Virus record (IMG/VR): IMGVR_UViG_3300008261_000020
Span: 1 to 59,803 of that record
DNA from: a virus
Taxonomy: Duplodnaviria > Caudoviricetes
Length of the DNA stretch: 59,803 nucleotides
Reading direction: 5' to 3' (one strand)
Of the stretch, positions 20,649 to 32,008 are shown piece by piece. Numbering within the stretch: position 1 is the stretch's first letter; every line of letters starts with the position of its first letter. Below the pieces are notes generated by a model that ran no database searches, had not been told where the DNA came from, and saw only the letters and a list, made by a program, of their open reading frames with translations. The position numbers were made by a program, and so were the translations under genes.

Positions 20649-21455
20649 TTAAGGATAACTTTTCATAATTTCTGACTCCACAGCAAACAGTTCAACCTTC
20701 TCAGTATTGCTGTTTTCAAGGGTAAATACGCAGTAGTGACCCAAGACTCCATGAGACTCAGCAACCGAGTTTTTGATGTACATTATATATGCATCATTTA
20801 TTGGAGGAATTGTTGCACCAAATAAAGTTGTTGTATCAACTACTATATAGTTGTCACCCTGTGGATAATTAATTACAATGTCAGTCACCTCCCCAAATAA
20901 AAATGGTGATGAATAGGTTGGAGGCAGACAATAATAAACTATATCCCCAATACTAAGAATACTTCCTATGTCTATTGGAGTAGGAGTTATTTGAAAGTCT
21001 ACTACTATTGCTGCTGCAGGACCCGACACGTTAAGGCTTCTACCTATACCATTTACCGACCTAAGTGGGTACTCGGCAGCAGAAGCGGGAACAGTTCCTG
21101 AATTTCTAACAAATGCAAACCAAGACTGCTCTTTCTTTTCAAACCAATCCAATTGTATAAATCCTGTATACTGAAGGTCTGTTATCATCTCAGCAGACCA
21201 ACTGTCATCCCCTTCTAAATTTAGGGTTTTAAATAACTTATTTTCAAGAGGTGATACATTGAATACACTCTTAACCAATGAAGCAAACTGCTCTCCATAA
21301 AAATTATTTCTCACCTCATTTACATTATGCCTATAAAGATTTCCTCCTTTGAAGGTATAAAAGTAATTGTTCATCCCTATCATCCAATCAGGATAGAAAG
21401 AAAAGAATGAGGTCCATCCTTGAACACCTTCGCTATATGATAATGTATAATTCAT
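20649..21455 (-). CDS. Tail structural protein
   Basis: TLSYSEGVQGWTSFFSFYP beta-rich segment; tail module context. Confidence 0.55.
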   Translation of the reverse strand: MNYTLSYSEGVQGWTSFFSFYPDWMIGMNNYFYTFKGGNLYRHNVNEVRNNFYGEQFASLVKSVFNVSPLENKLFKTLNLEGDDSWSAEMITDLQYTGFIQLDWFEKKEQSWFAFVRNSGTVPASAAEYPLRSVNGIGRSLNVSGPAAAIVVDFQITPTPIDIGSILSIGDIVYYCLPPTYSSPFLFGEVTDIVINYPQGDNYIVVDTTTLFGATIPPINDAYIMYIKNSVAESHGVLGHYCVFTLENSNTEKVELFAVESEIMKSYP

Positions 21456-21456
21456 A

Positions 21457-22374
21457 TTATGGACAAGTTGTTATTGCAATTACTACACCATTTGCATCAA
21501 CCTGAAGCAAGTTGCCTGATGTAGAAGCTGTTGTTTTATAATATCCTGCTCCTAATGGGAACTCTCCATTGGCATCCGAAAACACCAAGTCGTATATAAG
21601 CACGTTACCTGCAGAGCCCGTTACGTGAGCTACGTAATATGTTTGGTCTACAGTATCTGCACAGGCAGCAGTAGAGTCTACTCCAACTGTTGATGAGGCA
21701 AATGATGTTAGTGCAGCAGGGCAACTAACCTGTATATCAAATCCTGTAGTCACACATGGTCCAACAATTTTAACATTTAAAATAGATGGAGACGCTGCAG
21801 TTTTTGGTATAACCATTACGCAATTGCCCGGAGGATTTGCAGTAAGGTCCAACTGAGTGCTAAGTATTGTCACAGATTCTGTTCCACCCGATGGCACAAA
21901 AGAACCTCCTGAATAGTTATAAACATTTAATGTATGAGGACTTCCTGCAACAATACCACAATCATTACTTGAATCACCTATGTAAGTAGGTAAGCTTCCC
22001 AAAGCTCCTTCAAGCCATCCGTAAACGGGAGAAGAAACGCCATTATAGTATGTACTGTTATATGTAACAATTATACCATCAGGAACACTGAATGGGTCAA
22101 ACCTAACAATTACAGCACCTGTCGCTGAACCCAAGTCTGTATCAAGATAATAAACACCCTGATTACCCGAAGCAGTTATAACACCCCCACAAGGAGTAGC
22201 ACAAGATGGGCAAACTACTTGAGGAAGCAATACCCCTAATGATTGCTCTCTAACTATTGTACCGTCAGAATAAAACCCATCGGCAGCAAGTGTAGTTAAA
22301 TACACATCACTATATATGGCAGTAGCTGTTGATAGCGATGGAGAGTCTAAAAAAAATGTTGAACTAATAGCCAT
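21457..22374 (-). CDS. Structural protein (Ser/Thr/Gly-rich, Cys motifs)
   Basis: ADGFYSDG motif; beta-rich; tail module context. Confidence 0.5.
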   Translation of the reverse strand: MAISSTFFLDSPSLSTATAIYSDVYLTTLAADGFYSDGTIVREQSLGVLLPQVVCPSCATPCGGVITASGNQGVYYLDTDLGSATGAVIVRFDPFSVPDGIIVTYNSTYYNGVSSPVYGWLEGALGSLPTYIGDSSNDCGIVAGSPHTLNVYNYSGGSFVPSGGTESVTILSTQLDLTANPPGNCVMVIPKTAASPSILNVKIVGPCVTTGFDIQVSCPAALTSFASSTVGVDSTAACADTVDQTYYVAHVTGSAGNVLIYDLVFSDANGEFPLGAGYYKTTASTSGNLLQVDANGVVIAITTCP

Positions 22375-22389
22375 TGTTTATATTTTATA

Positions 22390-25300
22390 TTAAGTAGGTA
22401 CTTCACATCCACAACACGCATCCTGCTCGTCAATATCTGAATAACACAAAGTTACTGCATCTCCCGTTTCTAAACATCCGCAACAAGCATCAGACTCACT
22501 AAATGATGAATAGCAAAGCTCTACAGGTAATGAGTTTCTGTAATCCCATATTAAGTACAGGTACTGACCAACAGAAGGGACCGTAAAGTCAGCGTAAAAA
22601 TATGGAGCACCACCCGATATTGGAGTAGCTGTAGATGCAGCAGAAAGTAAACTTGATATGTCTACAGGAGTATTAGTATATAATGTATTACTTCTATAAT
22701 ACAAGAATTTGTCCTGAAGTGCATCAAATTCAAAGTCATCAAAGTTTATCTTATTTGAAGCAAGCCTCATAGTGCTTCCTGCAGGAGGAAATCCTCCCGT
22801 TCCCGGAGAACCACTAACAGCATTATACCTTGATACAAGTGGAGTTGCTGTCCCCGATGCGAATGTAACCAAAGAAGATTGAAGAGGAGATACAAATGCA
22901 CCATCTGTATACCTATATTCATTGTGTATAAACTTACCCGCCTCAACATCGCTTGTTACACAAACCTCTATTATGGTAAGCTCATCCGACAAAGGACAAT
23001 CTGCTGTAACCGTAACAGACACATCTTCTACGGCAACAACTTGAATGTCTGCTGTTTGTACTGTATTTGAATCTTTGTTTATTGTTAGAGTTCCTGATGT
23101 ACTAACAATTCCTGATGTATATGTTACACCATTATATTCAACAGATATTTCAAAATCCCCTGTTAATAAAGGAGAAACTTCGTAATTGATATAAGAAGTA
23201 CCTACAATAGGACCCAAGTCAACACAATAATTAACTTCTTCCTCAGCAGGTATTGTGAGTGTTTGAGAAACTCCACAATCAACACACACCTGTGGTTGAG
23301 GTATACCTATATTGTTTGTGCTTAGTACGTATTCATCAAGATATGGGTCATACCCACCAAGCTTTTGAGTTGTCAAGGAAGTAATGAACGTATCCCTAAA
23401 CCAAGTCCTCATTCCGCTTTCAGATACCACCCTTATTTGGTCACTACTATATGAGTTACCTTTTATTTGTATAACAGCACCACGTTTCACGTCAGTAAAA
23501 TACCTATCATATCCCCACTGAACATAGCTCTCAGGATTAAAACTGATACCGTATTTTTCTACTCTTGCTATTTGTGTTCCCAATACCTCAGGTACAGATG
23601 TAATTGCACCACCTGCTGCAGCATCTGAAAGTAAATTCTTTCCTGCCAATACGTAAGAAATCTTATCCTCTTGAAGAGTAAGCACATCTGTCTCTCTTCC
23701 GTCCATTTTATATATTGGACCAAAAGATTGTTCAAGATTTTTAAAGTTTAATAGACCTAAGTTAAACTCGTTTAGTTTATTTACGTTGGATTCAGTATTG
23801 TATATACCACTATATGTAATATCTGAAAACCTATCTGCCTCTTTATAATCCTGTGCAGATACAGACGTAACCCTGTTACCAAGATTAAATGTCTTACCAA
23901 CTATAGAATCAAGTATCTTATAGCTTTCAGCTCCATTACCAAAACAAAAGCAGTTAAAGAACTCTGTGTCTACAATACCCGGTATAACTCCTGCTATGTT
24001 TTGATTTTGAACGTTACCACTGTGGTTTCCGTCATCATCAATTTCAAATGAAAGATTATTTTCAAAGAACACATCAGGCAATGCATCTTGTGGCTGAGTC
24101 TCAAATATTAATGTAGTCTCAGCTCTAAACACTTCTAAGCTTGCAATTATTGTTGACCTTCTTTTTTCTCTTGATAATACTCCTCCACACCTTACAGTAC
24201 CGCTCAATATAAGAACAAGCCTATTACTGTTTGGGTCTCCTAATATAGTTGGGTATCTATAAAATCTATAATAGTTTGTTGTGGCACTTGTAGATATGTC
24301 ATTGTTTGAAGAGGCTAATGTAGGGATGTATACATTTTCTATGTCAGCTCCACTTCCTCCAACGTCTTGTATCCCTTCTGTAATTACATTTTCAACATTC
24401 TCGCCATCCCACCAATCTTTCATATTAGGATAACTTGCAGAAGATACCAACGTTTTTTCTAATGTATATATTCTTTTTTCGCAAGCATTGTTCCCATCAC
24501 CTGTACCAAGACGTTGAAACTTAAAATTAATTTTAATCCTACTTCCTGCAGGCACGTCATAGTCGACCCATTCATTTGCTGCGGTATCAAACCTATTCAT
24601 ACTATAGTTCAGAATAGGATAATCACCCGGAGTATTTTCGTCAACCTGAACGGTTCCCGGTGCTATTATAGATAACTCATCCTTTACAACTGCAAAGTTG
24701 CTTGGATTCATTTTCATATAAACACCTGACGGGACATTAATATCTACAGTAGGGTCAAGCTCACTTGGTATTGTTATAAAACCTTCAGCCTTTGATTCCT
24801 TTTCAAGAACAGTAGCATATACACATCCTGTTGTTGCACCTCCTGTGTCTGCCTTTACAATAAGCCTATCACCCGTTTCAACCTTTCTTGAATTTTCTCC
24901 TTCAAGTAAAAAGTAAACATCATTTGAGTTGGGGTCATTAAAAAATATACTGCTATAAATAACGTCATAGTTCTCTTCATCAGGCTTAATAACAAACTTA
25001 TATCTCTTAGCCCAATATGGAGCCCTTTGTGTTGTAGGTATCGTTACCTGTATTGAATTCTTTGTACTTGAATTTGCACATGGTATATGTATTGTATTGT
25101 TTGGACTAACAAAAGCAGTAGATGCCCTGTTAAATTCGTCCATATAAACGATACCAATCTCATAACCTCTATTACTATGCAAGCTGCGAGGTGAATTTAT
25201 TTTTTGATACGTCACCTCAGCAAAAGCAACAGAGTAATACTCATACACGTTAAATGTTGGAGCGGCAGTATTGTCAACGTATCTCATTGCCACAAACTGT

Positions 25301-26895
25301 AAACCTATAAGTTGACTTCCGGGGGTTGTAAGTACAGTTATTGGTTGACCGCCTGAGCTAATACCGCTTGCATATTTTGTAAGTGCATCCAAGTTTAATG
25401 GCAATGCATCATTAAATTGGTCAGTTAAAGTTGTCCCACCGGGAGTAAATGGATAAACAGGGTTTATATTTGATATTGTTCCTATAGCTTGCTGAAACTC
25501 TACGCTTGTAGCCAAGTCGTAAACAGAACTATAATCTCTATTTAATATAAATGAAAGTGTAATGTTTATGTTTTCAGATTGCTCTGTAGGCGGAGGCGTA
25601 TCTCCTGAGAATGAATAATGATTAAGCCTTACTTCAGCACTTATAGAAGAGCCTGTTACAAGTTCTTTTCCTGTTAGGTCAAAATAAAGTATTGAATTTG
25701 GTATTGATTGAGCTCCATCTATATTGTAAGTTCCATTGCCTGTAGTGTCCACAAGCTGAGTTGTGTCTACAGATTCTGTAATTAAATTTGCGGTGTACTC
25801 AAATCTTACGGGTTGACCAAGCTTGTCTATCATGTCATACCCTTCAACATAATTACCATACATAAGCCTGTTGCCCATTATGGTTTGAGCTTTTGCAAGA
25901 AGGGGTACGTTGTCGTACAACCTCAATAACTCTGACTGAGGAAGAACAGTAAATATTTTACTATTTGTAAATACGTATGTGTAGTCAGTATTGTCAGCAA
26001 GTCCAAGGTCAGACTTATCAAGCTTTTCAATAACTTTAATTACATTGCTTTGAGCCTCCTTAAATAAAAGGTCTATTCCAACTACAAGTGGTCCACCTGA
26101 ATTATATGTTATAATAGCAGAGTTTGCAAGGTTCACCATGCCTTCATTCAAAAAGCTGTTGATACTAAACTCAAATGCCTTTGGTATAAATGCAGGTTCT
26201 GAAAATTGAGATGTTGCGGTATACTCACCATCTTGGTATCTATACCTATAAGCAAAACATATATACCTTTCCTCCATAAAATTATCCTGCCCCCCTGTAA
26301 CTATTGGCTGTACAGATGGTGCAGCAGTAGGTGGCTTCTTTATTACAAGAATAGACTCTGCTGAGAATTGGTCTATATTAAGTATAGGATTTGGATAGTT
26401 TCTTTTCCTGTTTATAAACCTTGGAGGATTGTAGTCGTCTGTAAAAAATATTAAATCTTCAACAATATCAACTCCTGTAATGAGATATTGTGGATTAAAA
26501 TTAAGTGTTGTATTTACACCATCTCCATCATCAATACTAATAACGTGATACGTTAGTATGTTTGTGTTGGTGTTATATGACACAATCATATCAAGCTTTC
26601 CTGTGGCTCCTATAGGAAACAATGAGTCGTGAATAAACCAATATAGTGTTTCATTTGCACTATCGTCAATCGCACCTATACATCTTGCAAACTCACTTAA
26701 TGGGGTCCCATCAATGTATGTAATTCTTGTTAATGGTAAATTACCTTTTGCGTTCTCAATAACACCTATTTCTGACTTCTCGGTAGAACCCATGCGAATA
26801 TTAATAGCATCAATATATTCGCCATCGGGTATAAGGCGTTCATCAACAACCTTATTCATTCTACCTGCCGTAAAGTTCCTTGTAATATTTGCCAT
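22390..26895 (-). CDS. Tail nozzle/stabilization protein
   Basis: NFTAGRMNKVVDERLIPDGEYIDAINI N-terminus, FTDDYNPPRFIN, FAYRY, GNRLMYGNY as in Bacteroidota podovirus stabilization proteins. Confidence 0.75.
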   Translation of the reverse strand: MANITRNFTAGRMNKVVDERLIPDGEYIDAINIRMGSTEKSEIGVIENAKGNLPLTRITYIDGTPLSEFARCIGAIDDSANETLYWFIHDSLFPIGATGKLDMIVSYNTNTNILTYHVISIDDGDGVNTTLNFNPQYLITGVDIVEDLIFFTDDYNPPRFINRKRNYPNPILNIDQFSAESILVIKKPPTAAPSVQPIVTGGQDNFMEERYICFAYRYRYQDGEYTATSQFSEPAFIPKAFEFSINSFLNEGMVNLANSAIITYNSGGPLVVGIDLLFKEAQSNVIKVIEKLDKSDLGLADNTDYTYVFTNSKIFTVLPQSELLRLYDNVPLLAKAQTIMGNRLMYGNYVEGYDMIDKLGQPVRFEYTANLITESVDTTQLVDTTGNGTYNIDGAQSIPNSILYFDLTGKELVTGSSISAEVRLNHYSFSGDTPPPTEQSENINITLSFILNRDYSSVYDLATSVEFQQAIGTISNINPVYPFTPGGTTLTDQFNDALPLNLDALTKYASGISSGGQPITVLTTPGSQLIGLQFVAMRYVDNTAAPTFNVYEYYSVAFAEVTYQKINSPRSLHSNRGYEIGIVYMDEFNRASTAFVSPNNTIHIPCANSSTKNSIQVTIPTTQRAPYWAKRYKFVIKPDEENYDVIYSSIFFNDPNSNDVYFLLEGENSRKVETGDRLIVKADTGGATTGCVYATVLEKESKAEGFITIPSELDPTVDINVPSGVYMKMNPSNFAVVKDELSIIAPGTVQVDENTPGDYPILNYSMNRFDTAANEWVDYDVPAGSRIKINFKFQRLGTGDGNNACEKRIYTLEKTLVSSASYPNMKDWWDGENVENVITEGIQDVGGSGADIENVYIPTLASSNNDISTSATTNYYRFYRYPTILGDPNSNRLVLILSGTVRCGGVLSREKRRSTIIASLEVFRAETTLIFETQPQDALPDVFFENNLSFEIDDDGNHSGNVQNQNIAGVIPGIVDTEFFNCFCFGNGAESYKILDSIVGKTFNLGNRVTSVSAQDYKEADRFSDITYSGIYNTESNVNKLNEFNLGLLNFKNLEQSFGPIYKMDGRETDVLTLQEDKISYVLAGKNLLSDAAAGGAITSVPEVLGTQIARVEKYGISFNPESYVQWGYDRYFTDVKRGAVIQIKGNSYSSDQIRVVSESGMRTWFRDTFITSLTTQKLGGYDPYLDEYVLSTNNIGIPQPQVCVDCGVSQTLTIPAEEEVNYCVDLGPIVGTSYINYEVSPLLTGDFEISVEYNGVTYTSGIVSTSGTLTINKDSNTVQTADIQVVAVEDVSVTVTADCPLSDELTIIEVCVTSDVEAGKFIHNEYRYTDGAFVSPLQSSLVTFASGTATPLVSRYNAVSGSPGTGGFPPAGSTMRLASNKINFDDFEFDALQDKFLYYRSNTLYTNTPVDISSLLSAASTATPISGGAPYFYADFTVPSVGQYLYLIWDYRNSLPVELCYSSFSESDACCGCLETGDAVTLCYSDIDEQDACCGCEVPT

Positions 26896-26896
26896 A

Positions 26897-27820
26897 TTAT
26901 TTTAGCCACTTGTCCATGCCACGTAGATTCATAAGAAGTCTACCCGGATGTATGTTACTCATTCTAATTTTAGCGTTTCTAAGTAAAGCACTCTTTTCTT
27001 TTCTTGCCCTATTAATTACGTATTCTTGTACACCCAACTTGGAGTTAAGAATTTCGTATTGAATATACGCATATATATACTTTTCAAATAATTTATTTAC
27101 AGAAACATTTGCATCATTACCATTCTCCATACCATCTGATATATACTCAAGTATTACAGATTGGTTGTACATGTCTGAATTAAAATTAATAACACCCGCC
27201 TTCTTGTCAATATTGAATGTCGGGTTAAAGTTTGCTGTCTCAGTATTTAAACCATACCTTTCGCCAAGGCTATAATCAAAATACCAAACACCATTTACAT
27301 CCCAACCGTATTGACCGTTATATCTGCTCTGAGGATTTAGGTATATACTTTTCTTAGTACCCCTAAGTCTATCGTAATCTATCTCAGAGTTTTCGGGCTC
27401 AAGCACATTACCATTTTGGTCAAATAATATATTGCCCTGTTGGTCCTGCAAATAGGCGGTTGATGAAAGGACTTGTATATTTTCGGTCAGTGGTCTTAGA
27501 TAGCCATCTTTGTAAAGGTTGACTCTAACCCAATTCACGAAATCAGAGGGTAAAACATACCTGAGTCCATCATCAACCGTAAGTTCCAATACCTTTATTT
27601 CTTTAAAGGCATCATAATTAAGTTCTTGTATTGCACGTTTTGCATGAAACAATATCTTGTACCTCTGCTCATTGTTAACAAGAGAGTGGTTCCCCGAATA
27701 CATCAATAAAAAATTATTGACAATATCATAAAGGCTTACATACTGATATGAACCCCAATTTTTATTTTCAGGAGTTACTCCATTATTTGTGTAATACTGA
27801 TACTGAGATATATATGCCAT
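26897..27820 (-). CDS. Tail ring/adaptor protein
   Basis: AKRAIQELNYD, LPSDFVNWVR; lies between capsid and nozzle genes. Confidence 0.6.
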   Translation of the reverse strand: MAYISQYQYYTNNGVTPENKNWGSYQYVSLYDIVNNFLLMYSGNHSLVNNEQRYKILFHAKRAIQELNYDAFKEIKVLELTVDDGLRYVLPSDFVNWVRVNLYKDGYLRPLTENIQVLSSTAYLQDQQGNILFDQNGNVLEPENSEIDYDRLRGTKKSIYLNPQSRYNGQYGWDVNGVWYFDYSLGERYGLNTETANFNPTFNIDKKAGVINFNSDMYNQSVILEYISDGMENGNDANVSVNKLFEKYIYAYIQYEILNSKLGVQEYVINRARKEKSALLRNAKIRMSNIHPGRLLMNLRGMDKWLK

Positions 27821-27826
27821 AACTTA

Positions 27827-28585
27827 TTATTGTTGCTGACTAAATGTTGGTTGTTCATGCTGCTCTTGTGCAACACCAAATTGTACAGGAGCCATCTCTC
27901 TTATAGACACACCTGCATATTGTAATATTTTCATAACTAATTTATACTCATCCTCAATTGGAACCTCAAAGTCTTGATAGTCAAGTTGAGATTGGTCAAA
28001 TACAGGCTCGCCACTTCCAAGAGTAATATAGGTCCACTTAGGGTCTTTAGGATACCTGAAGTACTGTGCATCAACCTCATTAGGCAAGTTGATTGTAGAC
28101 GGATAAACAGTCATCACACCACCCTCTTGAATGTATGCAGGATATGTTTCTGTTGGAGCCGTAAGAAGAGAGTTGTTCAACATGGTTATTTTGCTGTGAT
28201 TAACCTTCTCAGCCTCTCCCATAAAAGTTCTTGTTATTCCTGATGCATCATAACAAAGAACTTTATTAATCATATAATAATCGTATCCTGTTGTAGATAC
28301 AGATGGAACATAATATCTATTTTGCCCAACAGCTACTTGAGATAAAGAAGACGTGACAGAGAATATCTCTATCGCCTCTTCTAAAACTTTTTTTAAGTCT
28401 GCATATTGGGTTCCCGACATGCGGGCATTTTCCATATTTATAATCTTATTGTATGAGGAAAAGTACTCCTCAAAAAATTCCATCTGTGCTTGTTTTGCAT
28501 ACAAATTAAAATCAGATGGAGATATATATCCATAGTTATTTTTATTCAAAATAGATAATACCGTATTTCTAACTGAATTAATCAT
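27827..28585 (-). CDS. Head-tail adaptor/ring protein
   Basis: NKNNYGYISPSDFNLYAKQAQ, YFRYPKDP. Confidence 0.6.
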   Translation of the reverse strand: MINSVRNTVLSILNKNNYGYISPSDFNLYAKQAQMEFFEEYFSSYNKIINMENARMSGTQYADLKKVLEEAIEIFSVTSSLSQVAVGQNRYYVPSVSTTGYDYYMINKVLCYDASGITRTFMGEAEKVNHSKITMLNNSLLTAPTETYPAYIQEGGVMTVYPSTINLPNEVDAQYFRYPKDPKWTYITLGSGEPVFDQSQLDYQDFEVPIEDEYKLVMKILQYAGVSIREMAPVQFGVAQEQHEQPTFSQQQ

Positions 28586-28599
28586 CTACGTTCTTTTTA

Positions 28600-28607
28600 C
28601 AAAGATA
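28600..28607 (-). promoter_or_regulatory. Bacteroidota -7 promoter element TATCTTTG
   Basis: Consensus match 14 nt upstream of the start codon, right after a terminator. Confidence 0.55.
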
Positions 28608-28611
28608 AATA

Positions 28612-28640
28612 AAAAAAAGGAGGGTACAGAAGTACCCCCC
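28612..28640 (-). terminator. Intrinsic terminator
   Basis: Minus strand GGGGGGTAC-TTCT-GTACCCTCC followed by a T run. Confidence 0.75.
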
Positions 28641-28667
28641 GGACTTTAAACCATGAGACTACATAAT

Positions 28668-29414
28668 CTAAGATATGCTGTTTTCTAACATTTTTAAAGC
28701 ATCAATACCCTCATCAGTCCTTAAATAATTAGCCACTGAGAAGTATGGGTCTTCCCCATAAGGTACAGTAAGCATCTTCTTTTTATTTGATACCGTGTTG
28801 AACCACACCTCTTTGCGACCATTCCTAAACGTCAATAACTTGTTTTCAAAGAATACATGAACATTAGACTGAACCTTAAGCATTGGGTCGTTTAGCATAT
28901 TTAAAAACCCTTTAGGGTCTTTTTTAGCATAAATAAGTACATCCCTTTTTAATTCTGCTGTGGTATACCTTGACGGGTCTTTACCAAAAAGAACTCTTGA
29001 AACTATTTCAAGTTGTTCTATACTAAGCTGACGGGCTTCAACCAATGCATCTACTTCAGCAGTAAGATTCTCAACCTCTTTTGTAGCATCTTTTTCATAA
29101 TCAACCTCAACAAAGGTTCTCCCATTTAAAGGGTGATAATGAAGAAACTGCTGTAATACAGGGTTTGTTCTTTGAACTCTAAGAAATCCATTTTCAAATA
29201 TAATAGGCTCCACAATAGCGTTACCATCTTGCTCATCCTCGAAAGGAGACTTTTGATTGATGGCATACCTAAGAGGTCTATTTACGTTATTCTCTTCATC
29301 AAACCAAAGAAGAGGGTATCTTTTATTATTTCGTGATGGAAGTGTGTAAGATAATGGAGCTGCTTCTCCTTTAAGTTTATATATCTTATCCGTTGATAAC
29401 AAATTCTTTTTCAT
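28668..29414 (-). CDS. Hypothetical protein downstream of the major capsid gene
   Basis: 248-aa ORF in the head module. Confidence 0.6.
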   Translation of the reverse strand: MKKNLLSTDKIYKLKGEAAPLSYTLPSRNNKRYPLLWFDEENNVNRPLRYAINQKSPFEDEQDGNAIVEPIIFENGFLRVQRTNPVLQQFLHYHPLNGRTFVEVDYEKDATKEVENLTAEVDALVEARQLSIEQLEIVSRVLFGKDPSRYTTAELKRDVLIYAKKDPKGFLNMLNDPMLKVQSNVHVFFENKLLTFRNGRKEVWFNTVSNKKKMLTVPYGEDPYFSVANYLRTDEGIDALKMLENSIS

Positions 29415-29435
29415 TTTATATAATTTGATTTAATT

Positions 29436-29476
29436 AAAAAATAAGGAGAGTGTCTTTAAAGACACTCCCCTTTTTT
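29436..29476 (-). terminator. Terminator after the capsid gene, built on the palindrome GTGTCTTTAAAGACAC (29450-29465)
   Basis: Extended hairpin flanked by A and T runs. Confidence 0.7.
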
Positions 29477-29480
29477 ATAT

Positions 29481-30902
29481 TTATGAACCGTAGCGGAACA
29501 ACACGAAGTTGTTAGCACCAAGAGTACATACGCAACGCTCAGAAAGGAAGTTAACCTCCATTGCATCGAGGTCGCTTGTTTGAGCACCTCCGGCAGAACC
29601 TGTAATCCAAGTCTTATACCTTCTGTCTTCTGTTTCAGAAGCACGGTATCTAACATGAAGGAATGGTCTCTTAGCATTCTTGCCAAGGATTTGGTCGTAC
29701 ACGGTTGTTGAACCTGCAGGAACCAAAAGACCTGTTACAGTACCTGAAGCAGAAGCTCCTGTTGGAAGACCACCACGCATAGTTGGGTCATTCAAGTATT
29801 TCCAATCAGACTTGTAGAAGTCATAACCCCTACGGAACCCTGTAAATCCAAGGTTAAGAGCCATGTCCTTATCGTTTTGGAAAAGACCATAAGAAGTACC
29901 ACCTGTACCGTAGCTGTTTTGAGCAGCAAGCATATCATCAATGTCAAAGCTGAACTGACGATTAACGAAGATTACGTTCTCTTCGATAGAACCTTGCTTG
30001 TCAAGACGAGAGATGATAGCATCGAAGTCAACCAATGTAGTTGGGTTACCGCCACCCCATACGTTACCACGGTCGTTAACAACGTAGAAGATACCTTCTG
30101 AACCTTTGTTACCGTAGATTGGGTTTAGGGCAGAGTTAGCAACACCTGAACCTGACTCAGCAGGAACAGCCTCAATCATTGCAGTCTCAAGATAATCCTC
30201 GAAACGAAGACGAGTTTCGTGCTCACTCTTTAGATACCAAAGATAACCTGTAGCACCATTCTCAGTTGTGATTTCAACCCAACCAATCTGTGCCATATCA
30301 GAACCGCTTACAGCGTATTTATCTTTGATGATGATTGGAGAGTTATCAAAAAACTCATCTTGAGCTTCAAGAGAACCAATCATTCCTACAGTTCCTTTTT
30401 TGAATTCAGAACCATAAATCCAAACAGAAAGTGTTGCACTAACTGCATAAGCTTGACCACCTGCTTCGTAGAAAGCAACATCAAACTCATTAGTTGTTAA
30501 ATCTACTGATGTTACGATACCCTTGTTAGATATACCTGTAGCATTATCAGAGATGTAAACTGTCTGTCCTGCACGGATAGCAATAGCTGTAACACCTGCA
30601 TCATTAACAGTGATTGTAGCTGAGTCATCACCTGCAACACCTGTTGTAGAACAATCTACATACTTAGTGTGAAGACGACCTTGTTCAGCCCACTTAATCA
30701 TGTCTGAGTTAGAAGGCATTTCAGCACCAACCAAACGAAGGAAAGATGCTACTGTACGATTACCATAACGCTCGAACTCCTTCTCGTAAGTATCAGGAAG
30801 ATACTGATTCAAGAAGTTAAAGTTGGTAATATAGTTTGTTGACAATGGGACCTGCTCCGCACTTGGCTGAAGCTGATACCCGGGATTTGGTAAAACTGCC
30901 AT
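29481..30902 (-). CDS. Major capsid protein
   Basis: 473 aa, follows scaffold and portal and precedes a terminator; IKWAEQGRLH, IIIKDKYAVSGSD, FLSERCVCTLGANNF. Confidence 0.8.
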   Translation of the reverse strand: MAVLPNPGYQLQPSAEQVPLSTNYITNFNFLNQYLPDTYEKEFERYGNRTVASFLRLVGAEMPSNSDMIKWAEQGRLHTKYVDCSTTGVAGDDSATITVNDAGVTAIAIRAGQTVYISDNATGISNKGIVTSVDLTTNEFDVAFYEAGGQAYAVSATLSVWIYGSEFKKGTVGMIGSLEAQDEFFDNSPIIIKDKYAVSGSDMAQIGWVEITTENGATGYLWYLKSEHETRLRFEDYLETAMIEAVPAESGSGVANSALNPIYGNKGSEGIFYVVNDRGNVWGGGNPTTLVDFDAIISRLDKQGSIEENVIFVNRQFSFDIDDMLAAQNSYGTGGTSYGLFQNDKDMALNLGFTGFRRGYDFYKSDWKYLNDPTMRGGLPTGASASGTVTGLLVPAGSTTVYDQILGKNAKRPFLHVRYRASETEDRRYKTWITGSAGGAQTSDLDAMEVNFLSERCVCTLGANNFVLFRYGS

Positions 30903-30922
30903 TTTCTTTAATTTTTAAATTG

Positions 30923-32008
30923 TTATATTTTTTTTATACTTCGTATTTTCAGACTCCTTCCTGAGTCCGGTGTCACCGATTTCACCTGCATTCCTCCCTT
31001 ATTAATAACCTCAGGTGTTCTACGTTCTGACATATTTATATTTTTTGTCTTACGCATAACATCGTCAGTTGCATCTGCTAATCCTTGTTCATAAAAGAAC
31101 TTAGCAAATTTTTCAGGGTTCATAGCTATTGACAAAGACTTATGGTATCCTGCAGCATCTTTAATCAAGCCATTGTCATCCAAAAACTTACCTATAAAGT
31201 TCATTGGATTTGATTGTGCTTTCTTTAGTTCTGCAGAGTCACCGGGAGAAAAAGTAATCTTCTTGTCGTTAAGATTGAATTCAAAACCTTTAAAGTCTTT
31301 ACTAAAGACCTCGTCTGATTTTTGCTCAAACCATTTACGCTTACGGTCATTCTCCTCCTGTATCGTCTTTGACTGTTGGATGTATTGCTTATAAGCCTCA
31401 TATTCTTCCTTTTCACTTTCAGAGATGCCTATCCCGCTTGACTCAAGCGGCAGCTTATACTTCTCCTTTTGTTCAGTAAAGAACTTTTTAGCTTCAGCAA
31501 TAACCTTCTTCTTTGCTATTTTTACTTTTTTGATTTTTGACTCATCATCGATATCTTCATCGTATCTGTAGTCATCCATCAAAGCCTCAATGTCGTCTTC
31601 GTCAAGACCAACTTGAGTAACAGCAAGATATTCTTTTAAAAGACTATCAGGCTCCATAGTTTCAAAGTCCTTCTTCAACTTGAGGAAGTCTTCAAATCCA
31701 CGACCTGTTTCTTTTTTATATTTCATATAAGCGGCTACATCTTCAGGGAGCGGCTCGCTCTCTTTACGTTCAGCCATCAATTCATCAAATGAACTGATTT
31801 GCTTATTATATCTTTTACCAATATATGAAAGAACTTTATCTTCACTTAACTCTTCTTCAAGAGGTTCTTGCACAGGTTCTTGTACAGTTTCCTGTACATA
31901 TTCTTGCACATTATTAATTTCTTCTTCATGCTTTTGAAGTAGTTCCTTTTCTACTTCTTGAACACTTTTTGGTTCAATCGTTTCAATTGCCCTTACTTTA
32001 ATTTCCAT
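30923..32008 (-). CDS. Capsid scaffolding protein
   Basis: Acidic coiled-coil protein between portal and capsid; TAATTTTG element at 32030-32037 upstream. Confidence 0.7.
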   Translation of the reverse strand: MEIKVRAIETIEPKSVQEVEKELLQKHEEEINNVQEYVQETVQEPVQEPLEEELSEDKVLSYIGKRYNKQISSFDELMAERKESEPLPEDVAAYMKYKKETGRGFEDFLKLKKDFETMEPDSLLKEYLAVTQVGLDEDDIEALMDDYRYDEDIDDESKIKKVKIAKKKVIAEAKKFFTEQKEKYKLPLESSGIGISESEKEEYEAYKQYIQQSKTIQEENDRKRKWFEQKSDEVFSKDFKGFEFNLNDKKITFSPGDSAELKKAQSNPMNFIGKFLDDNGLIKDAAGYHKSLSIAMNPEKFAKFFYEQGLADATDDVMRKTKNINMSERRTPEVINKGGMQVKSVTPDSGRSLKIRSIKKI